Source: an uncultured Dehalococcoidales bacterium (GTDB taxonomy: Bacteria; Chloroflexota; Dehalococcoidia; Lucifugimonadales; Lucifugimonadaceae). Taken from it: 54,636 bases of DNA. The translations under genes were made by a program, and so were the position numbers. Positions 19,463 to 29,395 of this stretch are shown here, one piece after another (the stretch's first letter is position 1; the number at the start of each line of letters is the position of its first letter). Under the pieces are notes generated by a model that worked only from the letters and a program-made list of their open reading frames with translations, had not been told where the DNA came from and ran no database searches. Where the stretch lies: NCBI GenBank assembly GCA_964435915.1, contig CAYTAO010000004.1, positions 226 to 54,861 of the forward strand. The letters run 5' to 3'.

Positions 19463-19792
19463 CCCAGGAGTAATCTCCCGGTTGGTGCCACCGAGTATGA
19501 AGGCGACTTCTTCTTCACCAAGGGTATGGCACGATTCCGCCTCAAGTACGGATCTGCTGCAGGCCAGGAGACCGCCATGTACATTGACGATACAGATGAG
19601 GGCACATGGAAGAAAGAACCCGTTGCAGAAACCGATAACCTGCTCGACGAGTTCACCGAGTTTGTCGCAGCAATCGAACGTGGTGATGCAGACACGCCGA
19701 GTCCGCAGGAACACGGGTTGAAGGTCCTGAGGGTGTTCGAAGCCACGGAAGAATCGGCACGAACGGGTCGGGAAGTTAAGATTGATTGGTAA
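19463..19792 (+). pseudogene. C-terminal fragment of a Gfo/Idh/MocA oxidoreductase
   Basis: ...YEGDFFFTKGMARFR...EFTEFVAAIERG...HGLKVLRVFEATEESARTGREVKI; no Rossmann N-domain upstream; left boundary approximate. Confidence 0.7.
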
Positions 19793-21026
19793 ATGGCCAG
19801 GTCTGGGATTTCTGAACTCAAGGTCCACTCTGACCACCGTTTACGAGTCGGGGTTCACGCGGCCGGACAACAGGTTTATTCCGGTCGCCTCCGACGACTT
19901 GATCGAGTACATGGCTTCGGACTCGAAAACTTTCGGCGATGATTGCTCGGATATTCGCGAAGTAGCGAATTGGTTTATCCGCATTCTTGAGCAGGAGAAA
20001 TCCTCGTTCGAACGACTGATTACGAGGAGTTACGCTAGGATAAATCCAGATCGTGAAACGATCGATATCCTAAACAACGACGCGCCTGTAGATGCAGATT
20101 TCGAACAGCTGAATTCCAGAGTTCAGCATATGCTTGAAAAGGCCAACTTCGAGCGGTTGTCTGATGATCAGGTGCGCACAGCTGTCGAGGCAGGCAATAC
20201 CCGCGGCATGAAGGTGAAGCTCGACGAGGAGAGCCTTGAGGAACTGGCGATCTGGGTGCGAGGACGCTCAACGGCTCCATATCACCGCCGAACGCTGACT
20301 CAGCCGTTTAAGGGCGAGACGAGCACGATAGCTATATTCAATCGATTAGCCGTAATAACGCGCCCGGCTGGTGAATCTAATGTTCAACTTCGGTTGTTTA
20401 AAGACATTCCAATACGCAACGTCGAAGCACTCCTTCCTAATGCCAATGTTCGAATGGGCGCCAGAGACGCGGTGATGATGATTGGCGGTGGTGTTGGGGC
20501 AGTCTGGACGGTGGTCACGAAAATACTTGCGGTTGGACTTGTTGCTGCGAGTCAGCTTTTGTGGGTAATTGCGGTGCCTTTAGCCGGACTGTTCTGGAAG
20601 GTGTTTTCCGGCTATCGCAGGGCCATTAAAGACAGGGACTCGAACAGGGCAAAGCACCTGTATTTTCAGAGTCTTGGAGCTAATCGGAGTGCCATCCACA
20701 GAATCTCGTTCATGATCTGCGAAGAAGAGATAAAAGAGGCCGTGCTTCTCTACACGTTCTGCCTCGACGTCGAAAAGGACGGTCGTTCGACATCAGAGGT
20801 CGCCATCAAATCAGAGATCGAGAAATACCTGAAGAATTTGACTTCAACCGACGTCGATTTCGATATAACCGACGCGATTGAAACCCTCACTCGGATGGAC
20901 CTGTGGAAAGACCGACTTGAACTACTTGTAATCGGCATCACCGAGGCTTCAAGCAAGCTCGAAGCTCACTTCCAGCAGGGCCTATCGCGTGACTATCACG
21001 CCGGACTACTGGGCATAGTGGATTAA
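19782..21026 (+). CDS. DUF3754/TMEM143 family protein
   Basis: RFIPV, LEKANF, LRLFKDIPIRNVEALLP, EEEIKEAVLLY and VDFDITDA motifs; start uncertain. Confidence 0.8.
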   Translation: MIGKWPGLGFLNSRSTLTTVYESGFTRPDNRFIPVASDDLIEYMASDSKTFGDDCSDIREVANWFIRILEQEKSSFERLITRSYARINPDRETIDILNNDAPVDADFEQLNSRVQHMLEKANFERLSDDQVRTAVEAGNTRGMKVKLDEESLEELAIWVRGRSTAPYHRRTLTQPFKGETSTIAIFNRLAVITRPAGESNVQLRLFKDIPIRNVEALLPNANVRMGARDAVMMIGGGVGAVWTVVTKILAVGLVAASQLLWVIAVPLAGLFWKVFSGYRRAIKDRDSNRAKHLYFQSLGANRSAIHRISFMICEEEIKEAVLLYTFCLDVEKDGRSTSEVAIKSEIEKYLKNLTSTDVDFDITDAIETLTRMDLWKDRLELLVIGITEASSKLEAHFQQGLSRDYHAGLLGIVD

Positions 21027-21847
21027 TGGCCATTCTGAAAGCTGTTTTGTTCGATCTGGACGATACGTTGGTCCCCGAAATGGAGCCCGAACGCGAGGCC
21101 ATGCTAGTTGTATGCGGAATGGCCGCTGACAAGTATGACGCAGATCCGGAAACGATGAGAGTCACTGTAGCAGAGGCCGCAGAGAAATTCTGGGCACAAT
21201 GGAGATCACCCGCTCTGTACGGCTTGATTGCCTATTCGGGGTGGGAAGGACTCTGGGGACCGCCTGACTTGCAGACGATGATCTGGGCAACGACCAGGAG
21301 ACTATCGACAAGCACAAGCGTGATGCCTAGGATGAAGTGATGTCGGCTCACGGAATCGTCGACAACGCCCTCAGAGATAAGATCATCATGAGGCACAGGG
21401 CTGAGAGGGTGAAGCGACTCATTCCGCACGACGTTGTTGAGAAGATGCTTGAGCGCGTAAAAGCAGACTATCCGTTGGCGATCGTTACCAACGGATCACC
21501 GGCAGTGCAGAGATTTAAGCTTGATAAATCCGGTCGCGCCGCGCATTTTTTCCGTCTTCTTTGTCTTCGACGATGTAGGCGTTGGCAAGCCGAATCCGAA
21601 ACCGTTCATATCCGCGTTGAAATCGCTCAATGTCAGTCCGGGCGAATCCGTGATGATAGGCAACTCGTGGAATTCTGATATTCAGGGCGAAGTCAATCTG
21701 GGAATTACGTCGATCTGGTACAACCTCGATCAAGAACCGCAGCCGAGCTATGGAACCCCGCCGACACTCGAGATTGCCTTTCTGGGTGAGGTTCACGGGG
21801 CGATTCGACGGATTGCAAGCGCCCGGCTAACCCCTAACCCGCCCTGA
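21026..21847 (+). pseudogene. HAD-superfamily hydrolase (YjjG-like), frameshifted
   Basis: Motif I FDLDDTL, motif II IVTNG and motif III/IV GKPNP...VMIGNS...DIQG lie in successive broken pieces; frameshifts near 21270 and 21550; TAG at 21328. Confidence 0.85.
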
Positions 21848-21855
21848 ACGATCTG

Positions 21856-22539
21856 TTATTTTCGCGCTATGTCGCCAAGTGCCAGAGTGTGTGAAGAATC
21901 GTTGATCGAACCGATGCTCCACCCGAGCTTTCCGAACCGAAATCGGCTAATGGAGCAGTTGAACAGATCGGACCGCATCGCCAATCGGTTGTCGATTCCG
22001 GCAATGTAGTGGAACAATGTCCGTATCGTGCCGCCGTGACTCACAATCGCGATTGTGTGTGGTCCTGGCTTTTCGTACCACTCAGGGTTGAAAATAATCT
22101 CGTCCTCGATCCAGTTCGAAGCTCGCCGTTCTACCGACCGCAGCGTCTCGTGATCGGGGTCTTTGAAAAACCGTCCCTTCTCGGCTCTAACTATGAAATC
22201 GTCAGGGGTCATCACGTACTTGTCGAATTTTTCTCGCTCAGGGGAAGGTTGCTGTTCAATAATGTCGTCGACCTGCTCGAATTCAGCGTCTGGGATGCCC
22301 ATCGCTCTCAGAACGCCCTCGGTCGTCTGAACGGCTCGCGTGAGTGACGATGAGTAAATCTTGTCGAACTTCACACCTTCGCGCCCAAGCCGTTCGCCGG
22401 CAGCTTCAGCCTGCCTGTGACCACGGTCGGTCATCGGGGCGTTGGCGCCAAGGGCTATTGCCATCCCGGGATTTACATTCGACTCGGATTCACCGTGTCT
22501 GATGAAGTAAAAATCGAATTCGATGTTCTCGTGAATCAA
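21856..22539 (-). CDS. Histidine phosphatase (phosphoglycerate mutase-like), paralog 1
   Basis: FIRHGES, YSSSLTRAVQT, IVSHGG, NCSIS; GGAG RBS and TTG start. Confidence 0.92.
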   Translation of the reverse strand: MIHENIEFDFYFIRHGESESNVNPGMAIALGANAPMTDRGHRQAEAAGERLGREGVKFDKIYSSSLTRAVQTTEGVLRAMGIPDAEFEQVDDIIEQQPSPEREKFDKYVMTPDDFIVRAEKGRFFKDPDHETLRSVERRASNWIEDEIIFNPEWYEKPGPHTIAIVSHGGTIRTLFHYIAGIDNRLAMRSDLFNCSISRFRFGKLGWSIGSINDSSHTLALGDIARK

Positions 22540-22710
22540 ATCGTTATCTCCCAGAGTGTTGATCGCCAGCCGCGAGCAAAATCAGTAATTGAACACTATC
22601 ACCTAGGATCCCTCCGCTCCGTTCTGCGGTAGCCGACCCGATGATAATCGATTCTACTCGCTAGGGATGGTGAAGTTGAGAACGCGAAGTTTGCGGCCGT
22701 ATAACAAGCC

Positions 22711-23427
22711 CTAGTTAACCCCGGTACTGACCTGAACAATTTTGTCGTCTCTTACGATGTCGCCAAGTGCAAGTGTGTGTGACGCGTCGTTGATTGAATT
22801 GATCGTCCACCCTAGTGACCCGAATCCGATTCGGCTGATTGAGCAGTTGAAAATATCGGTTCGTTCGAGCAAGCGGTTGTCCATACCTGTGATGTAGTGC
22901 AGAAAAGCCCTCATAGTGTGCCCGTGACTCACGATGGCAATAGTGTGGGTGCCTGGCTTCTCGTACCACTTCGGGTTGTAGATGATTTCGTCTTCAAGCC
23001 AGTTCGATGACCGACGCTCAACTTCTCTCATCGTCTCACCGTCGGCGGGTTTGAAGAACTGACCCTTCTCGGCCATGAGCAGACGGATCTTGGGCGTAAT
23101 GACATCTTTGGACAGCTTGCCCCGCCACGCGGGTGTTTGCTTTTCGATGATCTGATCAACGCGTTCGAAATCGTTATTCGGACTGCCCATTCCACGTAAG
23201 ATACCCTCGGTCGTCTGAACGGCTCGTGTGAGTGACGATGAGTAGATTTTGTCGAACTTGACGCCCTCGTTGGTGAGTCTGGCGCCAGCTGCTTCCGACT
23301 GTTTGTGACCACGGTCGGTCATAGGGGCATTGAAGTTAACACCCGCAGCTATGCCGGGAGTTACGTTCGACTGTGATTCACCGTGCCTGATGAAGTAGAA
23401 ATCGAATTCGACGTTATCGTGAATCAA
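22711..23427 (-). CDS. Histidine phosphatase, paralog 2
   Basis: Same motifs; start set to TTG 23427 (GGAG RBS) to match paralog 1. Confidence 0.9.
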   Translation of the reverse strand: MIHDNVEFDFYFIRHGESQSNVTPGIAAGVNFNAPMTDRGHKQSEAAGARLTNEGVKFDKIYSSSLTRAVQTTEGILRGMGSPNNDFERVDQIIEKQTPAWRGKLSKDVITPKIRLLMAEKGQFFKPADGETMREVERRSSNWLEDEIIYNPKWYEKPGTHTIAIVSHGHTMRAFLHYITGMDNRLLERTDIFNCSISRIGFGSLGWTINSINDASHTLALGDIVRDDKIVQVSTGVN

Positions 23428-23642
23428 GTACGGAATCTCCAGCGGGTGCTTATGATCAGCCGAAAACAAAAACGGCAAAGCGAACAATATCACCGTAGGG
23501 TGATTCCGTGTGCCGAAAGCGGCCCGGTTACGGGGCGAGGAACGTGGGTTCTCTTAATTGTTCGGGTACTATTACGCACCGCGTACCGGTGGCGGTTTAA
23601 TCGTTGTTCATCACATATAAATCAGTTATTTAAGAGGAAGTC

Positions 23643-24473
23643 ATGAAACCAGCAGATTTGAAAGCTGCACTAAGAGACGAGAAGCCTGTATTTGGATTTA
23701 TGATTTCCGCTTTGGCGAGTATGCGCTGGGGGTCGGTATTCGCCGGTAGCACCCTCGATTTCGTGGTGATCGACTCGGAGCACGGCTCTCGAGACCGTCA
23801 GCTAATTTCCGACACCTGTGCCCAGATGCAGTCTCTCGGCATCACCGCGATTGTCCGAACGCCAAACACCGAGGAAGTGTGGGTTGCAATGGCCCTTGAT
23901 GCTGGTGCAGCCGGGGTACTGGTTCCTTACTGCGAGCCCATCGACGAGGTTCGACACTGTGCCATGAAAGTAAAAACTCACCCGCTTAAGGGTGAGTACT
24001 ACGAACGCGTTGTGGAGACTGGCGAGTATCCGAGTGCAAAGTCGGAGGCTTACCTGAACGCAAAGCACAAAGACCATGTCTTCATCATGGGTATCGAGAG
24101 TGAACCCGCCGCGAATCGTGTTGAAGAGCTGATTGATTGCGCTCCTATCGACGCCGTGTTTATCGGCCCGAACGATATGACCACTTCGCTGGGTATTCCC
24201 GATGAGAGCGAGAACCCTGTCTACCTCGACACTCTGAAGAAGATTATCGGAGAGGCCGACAAACGCGGCCTCCCGACAATGATTCACCAGCAGACACTCG
24301 AAACTTCGGCTACCGCTATCGAGCTGGGTGCGAGGTTCATCATGCACTCTTCAGATGCACGAATTCTCATGCGTGGCACTCAGAACGAGTTCGCCGAACT
24401 GCGAGAAGTTGCTAACAAGAAACACGGTGGTGTCGATGTCGTAGAAGCCGAAGACACGGTAGATATCGCTTAG
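23643..24473 (+). CDS. HpcH/HpaI aldolase family
   Basis: GAGGA RBS; FVVIDSEHG, LDAGAAGVLVP, VFIGPND. Confidence 0.9.
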   Translation: MKPADLKAALRDEKPVFGFMISALASMRWGSVFAGSTLDFVVIDSEHGSRDRQLISDTCAQMQSLGITAIVRTPNTEEVWVAMALDAGAAGVLVPYCEPIDEVRHCAMKVKTHPLKGEYYERVVETGEYPSAKSEAYLNAKHKDHVFIMGIESEPAANRVEELIDCAPIDAVFIGPNDMTTSLGIPDESENPVYLDTLKKIIGEADKRGLPTMIHQQTLETSATAIELGARFIMHSSDARILMRGTQNEFAELREVANKKHGGVDVVEAEDTVDIA

Positions 24474-24493
24474 CCTTTAAAGCGTCGAATACA

Positions 24494-24539
24494 AAGATAA
24501 AGACAGTTCCACCAGTTTGGTCGAGGCTGTCTTTATCTT
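24494..24539. terminator. Hairpin between convergent genes, probable terminator
   Basis: Perfect 13-bp inverted repeat AAGATAAAGACAG / CTGTCTTTATCTT. Confidence 0.6.
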
Positions 24540-24742
24540 GAACCCATTACAGCGAGCCGCTAACTCCCGACTTTCCGACGCCTGCGGAGCGATCTGGCGC
24601 GGGTAGTGCGCTTCAAATACATGACTGTGTTCATCCGCGAGAGTTAACGCGTCCCTATCAGGAGATCTCTCCACAGGGGTCGGGAAAAGAGGTGTGTCCA
24701 ACATCTACTTTTGGCGGTTATCAACTACCGTGCTAGGTACGC

Positions 24743-25474
24743 CTAGCCCAGTGTGAACTTCTTGAACGACTCAGCGTAATCGGCACCTATCTTCTTACCG
24801 AGATCCATCCTGCGCTGCTTCATCCATTTCGCAGATTCTTCCGGATTGCTCAACTGGCTGACGTGCTGCTTAAGGGCGGCGATTGAAGTGTCTACATCCT
24901 GTTCAGTCAGCGGGTTCCAAAAGTTGGCGTTATCACCAAAGCTCATCACCCACACTTCGCGAACCTTGTGTGGCTCCAGTCCTTCATTGGTGTACAGCTT
25001 GGGGAAGGTTAGGTGGTCGCGGGCAGACGGAAACACTGCAGAGAGCGTAGCCTCGCCAGCAGCAAAGTGATCAGGATGACCGATATAACCGCCCTCCATC
25101 AGATCGCGTGTCGGGTTGGTTGTGATCAGCACATCGGGATTCCACTTGCGAATCTGCCGAGTGATGTCACGGCGAAGACCTAGAGTGGGTTCGAGATTAC
25201 CGTCCGGATAGCCGAGGAACTCGACGCTTTTCAGGCCCAGTGTCTTACCGGCGTTTATCTGTTCTTCAGCTCGAATTTATGCGAGCCGCTCGGTGGTTAT
25301 TTATATATATTACGATCCCTTTGATACGTCGGTGCAGAGGACGTATACAACATCCCATCCGAGTCGGCACCATTTAGCAACCGATCCAGAACAGCCATAT
25401 TCGGCATCGTCCGGGTGGGCAGTCACCACCATAGCTCGCTTGAAGTCTTCGTTAGAACCGTCGCCGGTTGTCAT
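24743..25474 (-). pseudogene. PIG-L/LmbE family deacetylase in one frame, interrupted by three TAA codons (possible sequence error)
   Basis: AHPDDAE...CTDVSKGS*YI*ITTERLA*IRAEEQ...GYPDG...GHPDH...HVSQ; stops at 25310, 25301 and 25277; both ORF-track pieces share the frame. Confidence 0.85.
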
Positions 25475-25565
25475 AAATAAAGTAGCCCCGGTAGTCAATG
25501 GAATGTAGCTCATTAAAAACACACAGCAGAAAATGGTAGCACCGGATTGAACGCTGTCTGGTGGA

Positions 25566-26276
25566 TCAGTCCAGGTGAATCGACACAAAATCAGCGACCG
25601 ATCGGACCGCCCGGTCAGAAGCGAAGAACGTGTCAGCGTGATTCGTGTTCGGTAGCGCTGAGAACTCGAAGTTCAAGATTTCGGCAGATTCTCTGGCGTT
25701 AGTGAAGTGGGGGTCGTCCTCACCGCAGAACAACATTGTGGGAGCATCGTGATTCGCCAGTCGATCCCCGACCCCTCGCCACTGAAGTAGAGCCTCGTGT
25801 GATGCGGCCAGCGCAAGCGGGTCGTTTCCGGGCAGCTTTGCTCTTCCTGAACGGAGAACCACGATACGCCGTTTGAACTTGACTGCATCAACAGAAGGCG
25901 GCAACAAGAGCATTCCACCGATTGCCAGCATCGAGAGACGACCGGGTGCCGAAGCGGCGAGTACCAGCCCCGATCGACCGCCCATCGAAAACCCGAGGAA
26001 CCCGAACTTATTTGCGCCTAATTCATCAGCCAGCGCGGTTACGACTGCCGCCCGCTGTTCAACCGTGTGGTCCGCTGGCTCGTGAGACGGGGTAGAAAGG
26101 CCATGCCCGACAGAGTCGAAGACCAACAACGTGGCATGCTTCTCCAACGCACTCAGCCACCCACCCTGCTCCCAATCACTTGAGCGCGAACCCCAGCCGT
26201 GATGAAGAATCAAAAACGGGCCTGAGCCGGATAATTCATAGTGAATTTCAAGTGAGTCGAACGATAGCGTTGGCAT
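25566..26276 (-). CDS. Alpha/beta fold hydrolase
   Basis: LHHGW, DSVGHG, nucleophile elbow GFSMGG, GEDD, late His (TNHAD). Confidence 0.88.
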   Translation of the reverse strand: MPTLSFDSLEIHYELSGSGPFLILHHGWGSRSSDWEQGGWLSALEKHATLLVFDSVGHGLSTPSHEPADHTVEQRAAVVTALADELGANKFGFLGFSMGGRSGLVLAASAPGRLSMLAIGGMLLLPPSVDAVKFKRRIVVLRSGRAKLPGNDPLALAASHEALLQWRGVGDRLANHDAPTMLFCGEDDPHFTNARESAEILNFEFSALPNTNHADTFFASDRAVRSVADFVSIHLD

Positions 26277-26379
26277 TTGATGATTCTAAAGGCTTAGTTC
26301 TTCGCGTTTTGGCTGGGACGGTTGTAAAATCGTTCGGTCGTCAATTAAGTCGAAAGTTTTTAGTCGGAGCGTCAGAATA

Positions 26380-26889
26380 ATGACACAATCGCTCGTATCA
26401 GTGATTATGGGCAGCACATCAGATCTGCCCACTATGCAGGGTGCCGCAGACCTGCTTGAAAAACTCGGCGTTCCGCACGAGATTCGTATTATTTCGGCCC
26501 ATCGAACCCCTGATCTCATGTTCAAGTTTGCCGAAGAGGCAAAAGACCGCGGAATCAAGGTGATCATTGCCGGTGCTGGCGGTGCCGCCCACCTTCCCGG
26601 TATGACGGCCGCCAAGACCGTTTTGCCAGTGATAGGCGTTCCGGTCGAAGCACACAATCTGAGCGGGATGGATTCACTCCTCTCGATCGTACAGATGCCT
26701 CGCGGTGTTCCGGTAGCAACCGTTTCGATTGGCAACTGGGGTGCGGTCAACGCAGGAATACTGGCGGCTGAAATTATTGGACTGCTCGACCCTGAGGTTC
26801 AGGAAAATATTGAAAAGCGGCGAGCGAACGCAGCCTCTGAGGTTGAAGCGACCACTTTCGTGAAGCCTGAATCAGGATCAGGCGATTAG
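26380..26889 (+). CDS. purE: N5-carboxyaminoimidazole ribonucleotide mutase
   Basis: IMGSTSD, SAHRTP, AGAGGAAHLPGM, VQMPRGVPVATV. Confidence 0.97.
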   Translation: MTQSLVSVIMGSTSDLPTMQGAADLLEKLGVPHEIRIISAHRTPDLMFKFAEEAKDRGIKVIIAGAGGAAHLPGMTAAKTVLPVIGVPVEAHNLSGMDSLLSIVQMPRGVPVATVSIGNWGAVNAGILAAEIIGLLDPEVQENIEKRRANAASEVEATTFVKPESGSGD

Positions 26890-26892
26890 TAG

Positions 26893-28056
26893 ATGGAGTT
26901 GGAATCACCCCTGAATCCGGGTTCGACGATCGGAATAATTGGCGGCGGTCAGCTCGGGCGGATGCTCGCGATTGCAGCGCGCCAGATGGACTACAAAACG
27001 ATCGTACTCGATCCTGACGCAGGTTGTCCGACCGGACAGGTAGCCGATGCCCAGATTCAGGATTCCTATTCGAGTAGAGATGCTGCCCGTCAACTGGCGC
27101 GATCGGCCGACATTCTCACCTACGAGTTCGAGAACGTTGACGCTGACTCGGTGTCTTCTGCAGAAGAAATAACACCAGTTCACCCTTCGCCATCCGTTCT
27201 ACGCACTGCCCAGCACCGGTTGCACGAGAAAAATGCACTCCTTAAAGGCGGAATTTTGGTCGCGCCGTTTCGGGAGATCGAATCACTGACTGATCTGCGA
27301 GAAGCCACTGGTGATCTCGGTTATCCGATGGTCCTCAAGACCGCCACCCAGGGCTATGACGGCAAGGGTCAAGTGATAATCACCAGGGTTGAGGACCTTG
27401 AGCGGTCTTATGAGTTGTTGAGTGCGCATGGCACCGAACTTATCGTTGAGCAGTTCGTACCGTTCAAGATGGAGATTTCGACCATATGTGCTCGAACATC
27501 TGATGGCAAAACAGCGACTTTTCCGCCATCCGAGAACATCCACCGCAATCACATTCTCGATGTTTCGATTGTTCCCGCCAGGCTTCCGGACAGTGTGATT
27601 GAAAACGCCCGGCTACTTGCCGCAGATATAGCGGTGCAGTTGAACGTGGTTGGTCTGATCGCAGTCGAGATGTTCATTACAAAAGAGAACGAAATTCTTG
27701 TGAATGAACTTGCTCCTCGCCCGCATAATTCGGGCCACTACACGATGGACGGGTGCGATACCTCGCAGTTCGAACAGTTGGTACGGGTGCTGGCTGGAAT
27801 GCCGATAGCTGAACCCAAGCTCCACTGTCCAACTGTGATGGTCAATCTACTCGGGGAGGTCTGGGAAGACACCGATGGCAATCCCGATTGGGCTGGTGCG
27901 CTGGAGATGCCGGGAGTCAGCCTGCACCTCTATGGGAAGAAAGAAGCCAGAGTGGGCCGCAAAATGGGGCACATCAACGTGGTGGCCGACAAAGTGGAAG
28001 ATGCGCTCTACATAGCGACAGAAGCCCGCGATAAAGCCTGGCGCCGTACGCGTTAA
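26893..28056 (+). CDS. purK: N5-carboxyaminoimidazole ribonucleotide synthase
   Basis: GGGQLGRM, TYEFENV, GYDGKGQ, NELAPRPHNSGH, RKMGH; follows purE. Confidence 0.97.
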   Translation: MELESPLNPGSTIGIIGGGQLGRMLAIAARQMDYKTIVLDPDAGCPTGQVADAQIQDSYSSRDAARQLARSADILTYEFENVDADSVSSAEEITPVHPSPSVLRTAQHRLHEKNALLKGGILVAPFREIESLTDLREATGDLGYPMVLKTATQGYDGKGQVIITRVEDLERSYELLSAHGTELIVEQFVPFKMEISTICARTSDGKTATFPPSENIHRNHILDVSIVPARLPDSVIENARLLAADIAVQLNVVGLIAVEMFITKENEILVNELAPRPHNSGHYTMDGCDTSQFEQLVRVLAGMPIAEPKLHCPTVMVNLLGEVWEDTDGNPDWAGALEMPGVSLHLYGKKEARVGRKMGHINVVADKVEDALYIATEARDKAWRRTR

Positions 28057-28115
28057 CCTCGCTCGTCGAGCCACCGCTTGTAGAGTCGGATGACCTTTTA
28101 CGCGCATGGATAAAT

Positions 28116-28599
28116 TGTCATTGCGAGGAGTTCTACGACGTGGCAATCAGTGTGCATACGCGTAAACCGTGGCTTTTGAGACACATTGCATGGAGATTCA
28201 GCGCCGGCCAGCCACACTGGCATGATCCGTGAAGCCAGTATCAAATAAACGTCTTAATTGGACACCCGAACGTACGCCGTTTACATTCTGGCGAATGCTC
28301 GCCACACACTTTAGGTCGGAATAACGAACGACCTCATACAACGCGTAATTGGACACAGGTACGGAACTGGATCCAAGTTCACGCGGCTGTACAGCCTTCA
28401 ATCACTCGTCTGGTTTGAGTCCACGAACGATGTTTGGGCTGCGCCCAAGCGCGAAAAACAGATGAAAAGACGGAAGCGCGATCGAAAGCTTGCACTGATC
28501 GAGTCACAGAATTCAAACTAGGATGACTTTTCTCTCGAAATCGGACTACCCACGGCTCAGAGACGCTGATTGCTACGTCTTCGGACTCGTCGCAATGAC
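28116..28599. mobile_element. Putative REP-like element: inverted TGTC-tagged repeats enclosing a GIY-YIG nuclease pseudogene
   Basis: Left repeat 28117-28148 versus the reverse complement of 28568-28599: 27/32 identical. The nuclease relic lies between them. Confidence 0.7.
28258..28569 (+). pseudogene. Full-length small GIY-YIG nuclease (YhbQ/UPF0213-like) with two amber stops
   Basis: MDTRTYAVYILANARHTL*VGITNDLIQRVIGHRYGTGSKFTRLYSLQSLVWFESTNDVWAAPKREKQMKRRKRDRKLALIESQNSN*DDFS; TAG at 28312 (Tyr position) and 28519 (Trp position). Confidence 0.88.
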
Positions 28600-28615
28600 C
28601 GGGCAATAGAGAGGC

Positions 28616-29395
28616 CTACTCAGCATCGGGTCGTTTGAACGGTGCTTCTGAGTCGATACGCTCACCTACTTCGGTCAGGCCAATTTCACCGTTGTGAACC
28701 GTGTAGATCTTGTCTGCCATGTCCAGAAGCGTGCGATCGTGCGTGGTCGCTACGATCGACATTTCTTTTTCGAGCACCATCGACTGGAACAACCCGAAAA
28801 TTTTGCCGGCGTTTACGGAGTCGAGTTCACCCGTTGGCTCGTCAGCAAGAATCACACTTGGGCGCATCGCCACAGCCCTGGCGATCGATATTCGTTGTTG
28901 CTCACCGCCGGACAGTTCGTACGGGCGGTGCCTTGCACGCCGACGGAGTCCGACTATCTCAAGGACTTCGTTCGTGCGTTTGGAGCGCTCTGATGCTCCA
29001 ACGCCCGCAATTCGCATGGGCAACTCAACGTTTTCGTAGGCCGAGAGCAACGGTAGCAGTGCGAACGACTGGAACACGACTCCAATGCGGTGCCTTCTCA
29101 GTTGAATGAACTGCTTTTCGTTATAGTTAGACAGATCCTTGCCTTCGAACAACACACGACCCGATGTTGGGTGATCGAGACCTGCGAGAAGATTCAGCAA
29201 CGTGGTTTTACCCGAACCCGATCGCCCCACAAGCGTGATGAATTCACCAAGTCGAACTTCAAGGTCCACGTTCCGAACCGCGTGAACGGTTTCACCCGCC
29301 AACTGATAGTCGCGGGACGCGCTAATCGCCTGTATTATCGGTGCTGAAGTACTCGATGATTCACTGCTGGTGGTTCGCTCAGTCGCCTGACTCAA
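28616..29395 (-). CDS. ABC ATP-binding protein (LolD/FtsE/MacB-like)
   Basis: [28 protein letters not shown]. Confidence 0.93.
   Translation of the reverse strand: MSQATERTTSSESSSTSAPIIQAISASRDYQLAGETVHAVRNVDLEVRLGEFITLVGRSGSGKTTLLNLLAGLDHPTSGRVLFEGKDLSNYNEKQFIQLRRHRIGVVFQSFALLPLLSAYENVELPMRIAGVGASERSKRTNEVLEIVGLRRRARHRPYELSGGEQQRISIARAVAMRPSVILADEPTGELDSVNAGKIFGLFQSMVLEKEMSIVATTHDRTLLDMADKIYTVHNGEIGLTEVGERIDSEAPFKRPDAE

Noticed and set aside
25277-25312. TAA read as Glu (genetic code change) in the PIG-L gene
   Set aside because: Neighbouring sense codons show the same G>T change, and TAA ends normal genes such as purK and trpB.
28116-28599. Classical IS or MITE with a DDE transposase
   Set aside because: No transposase motif and no clear target-site duplication; the cargo is a GIY-YIG nuclease.
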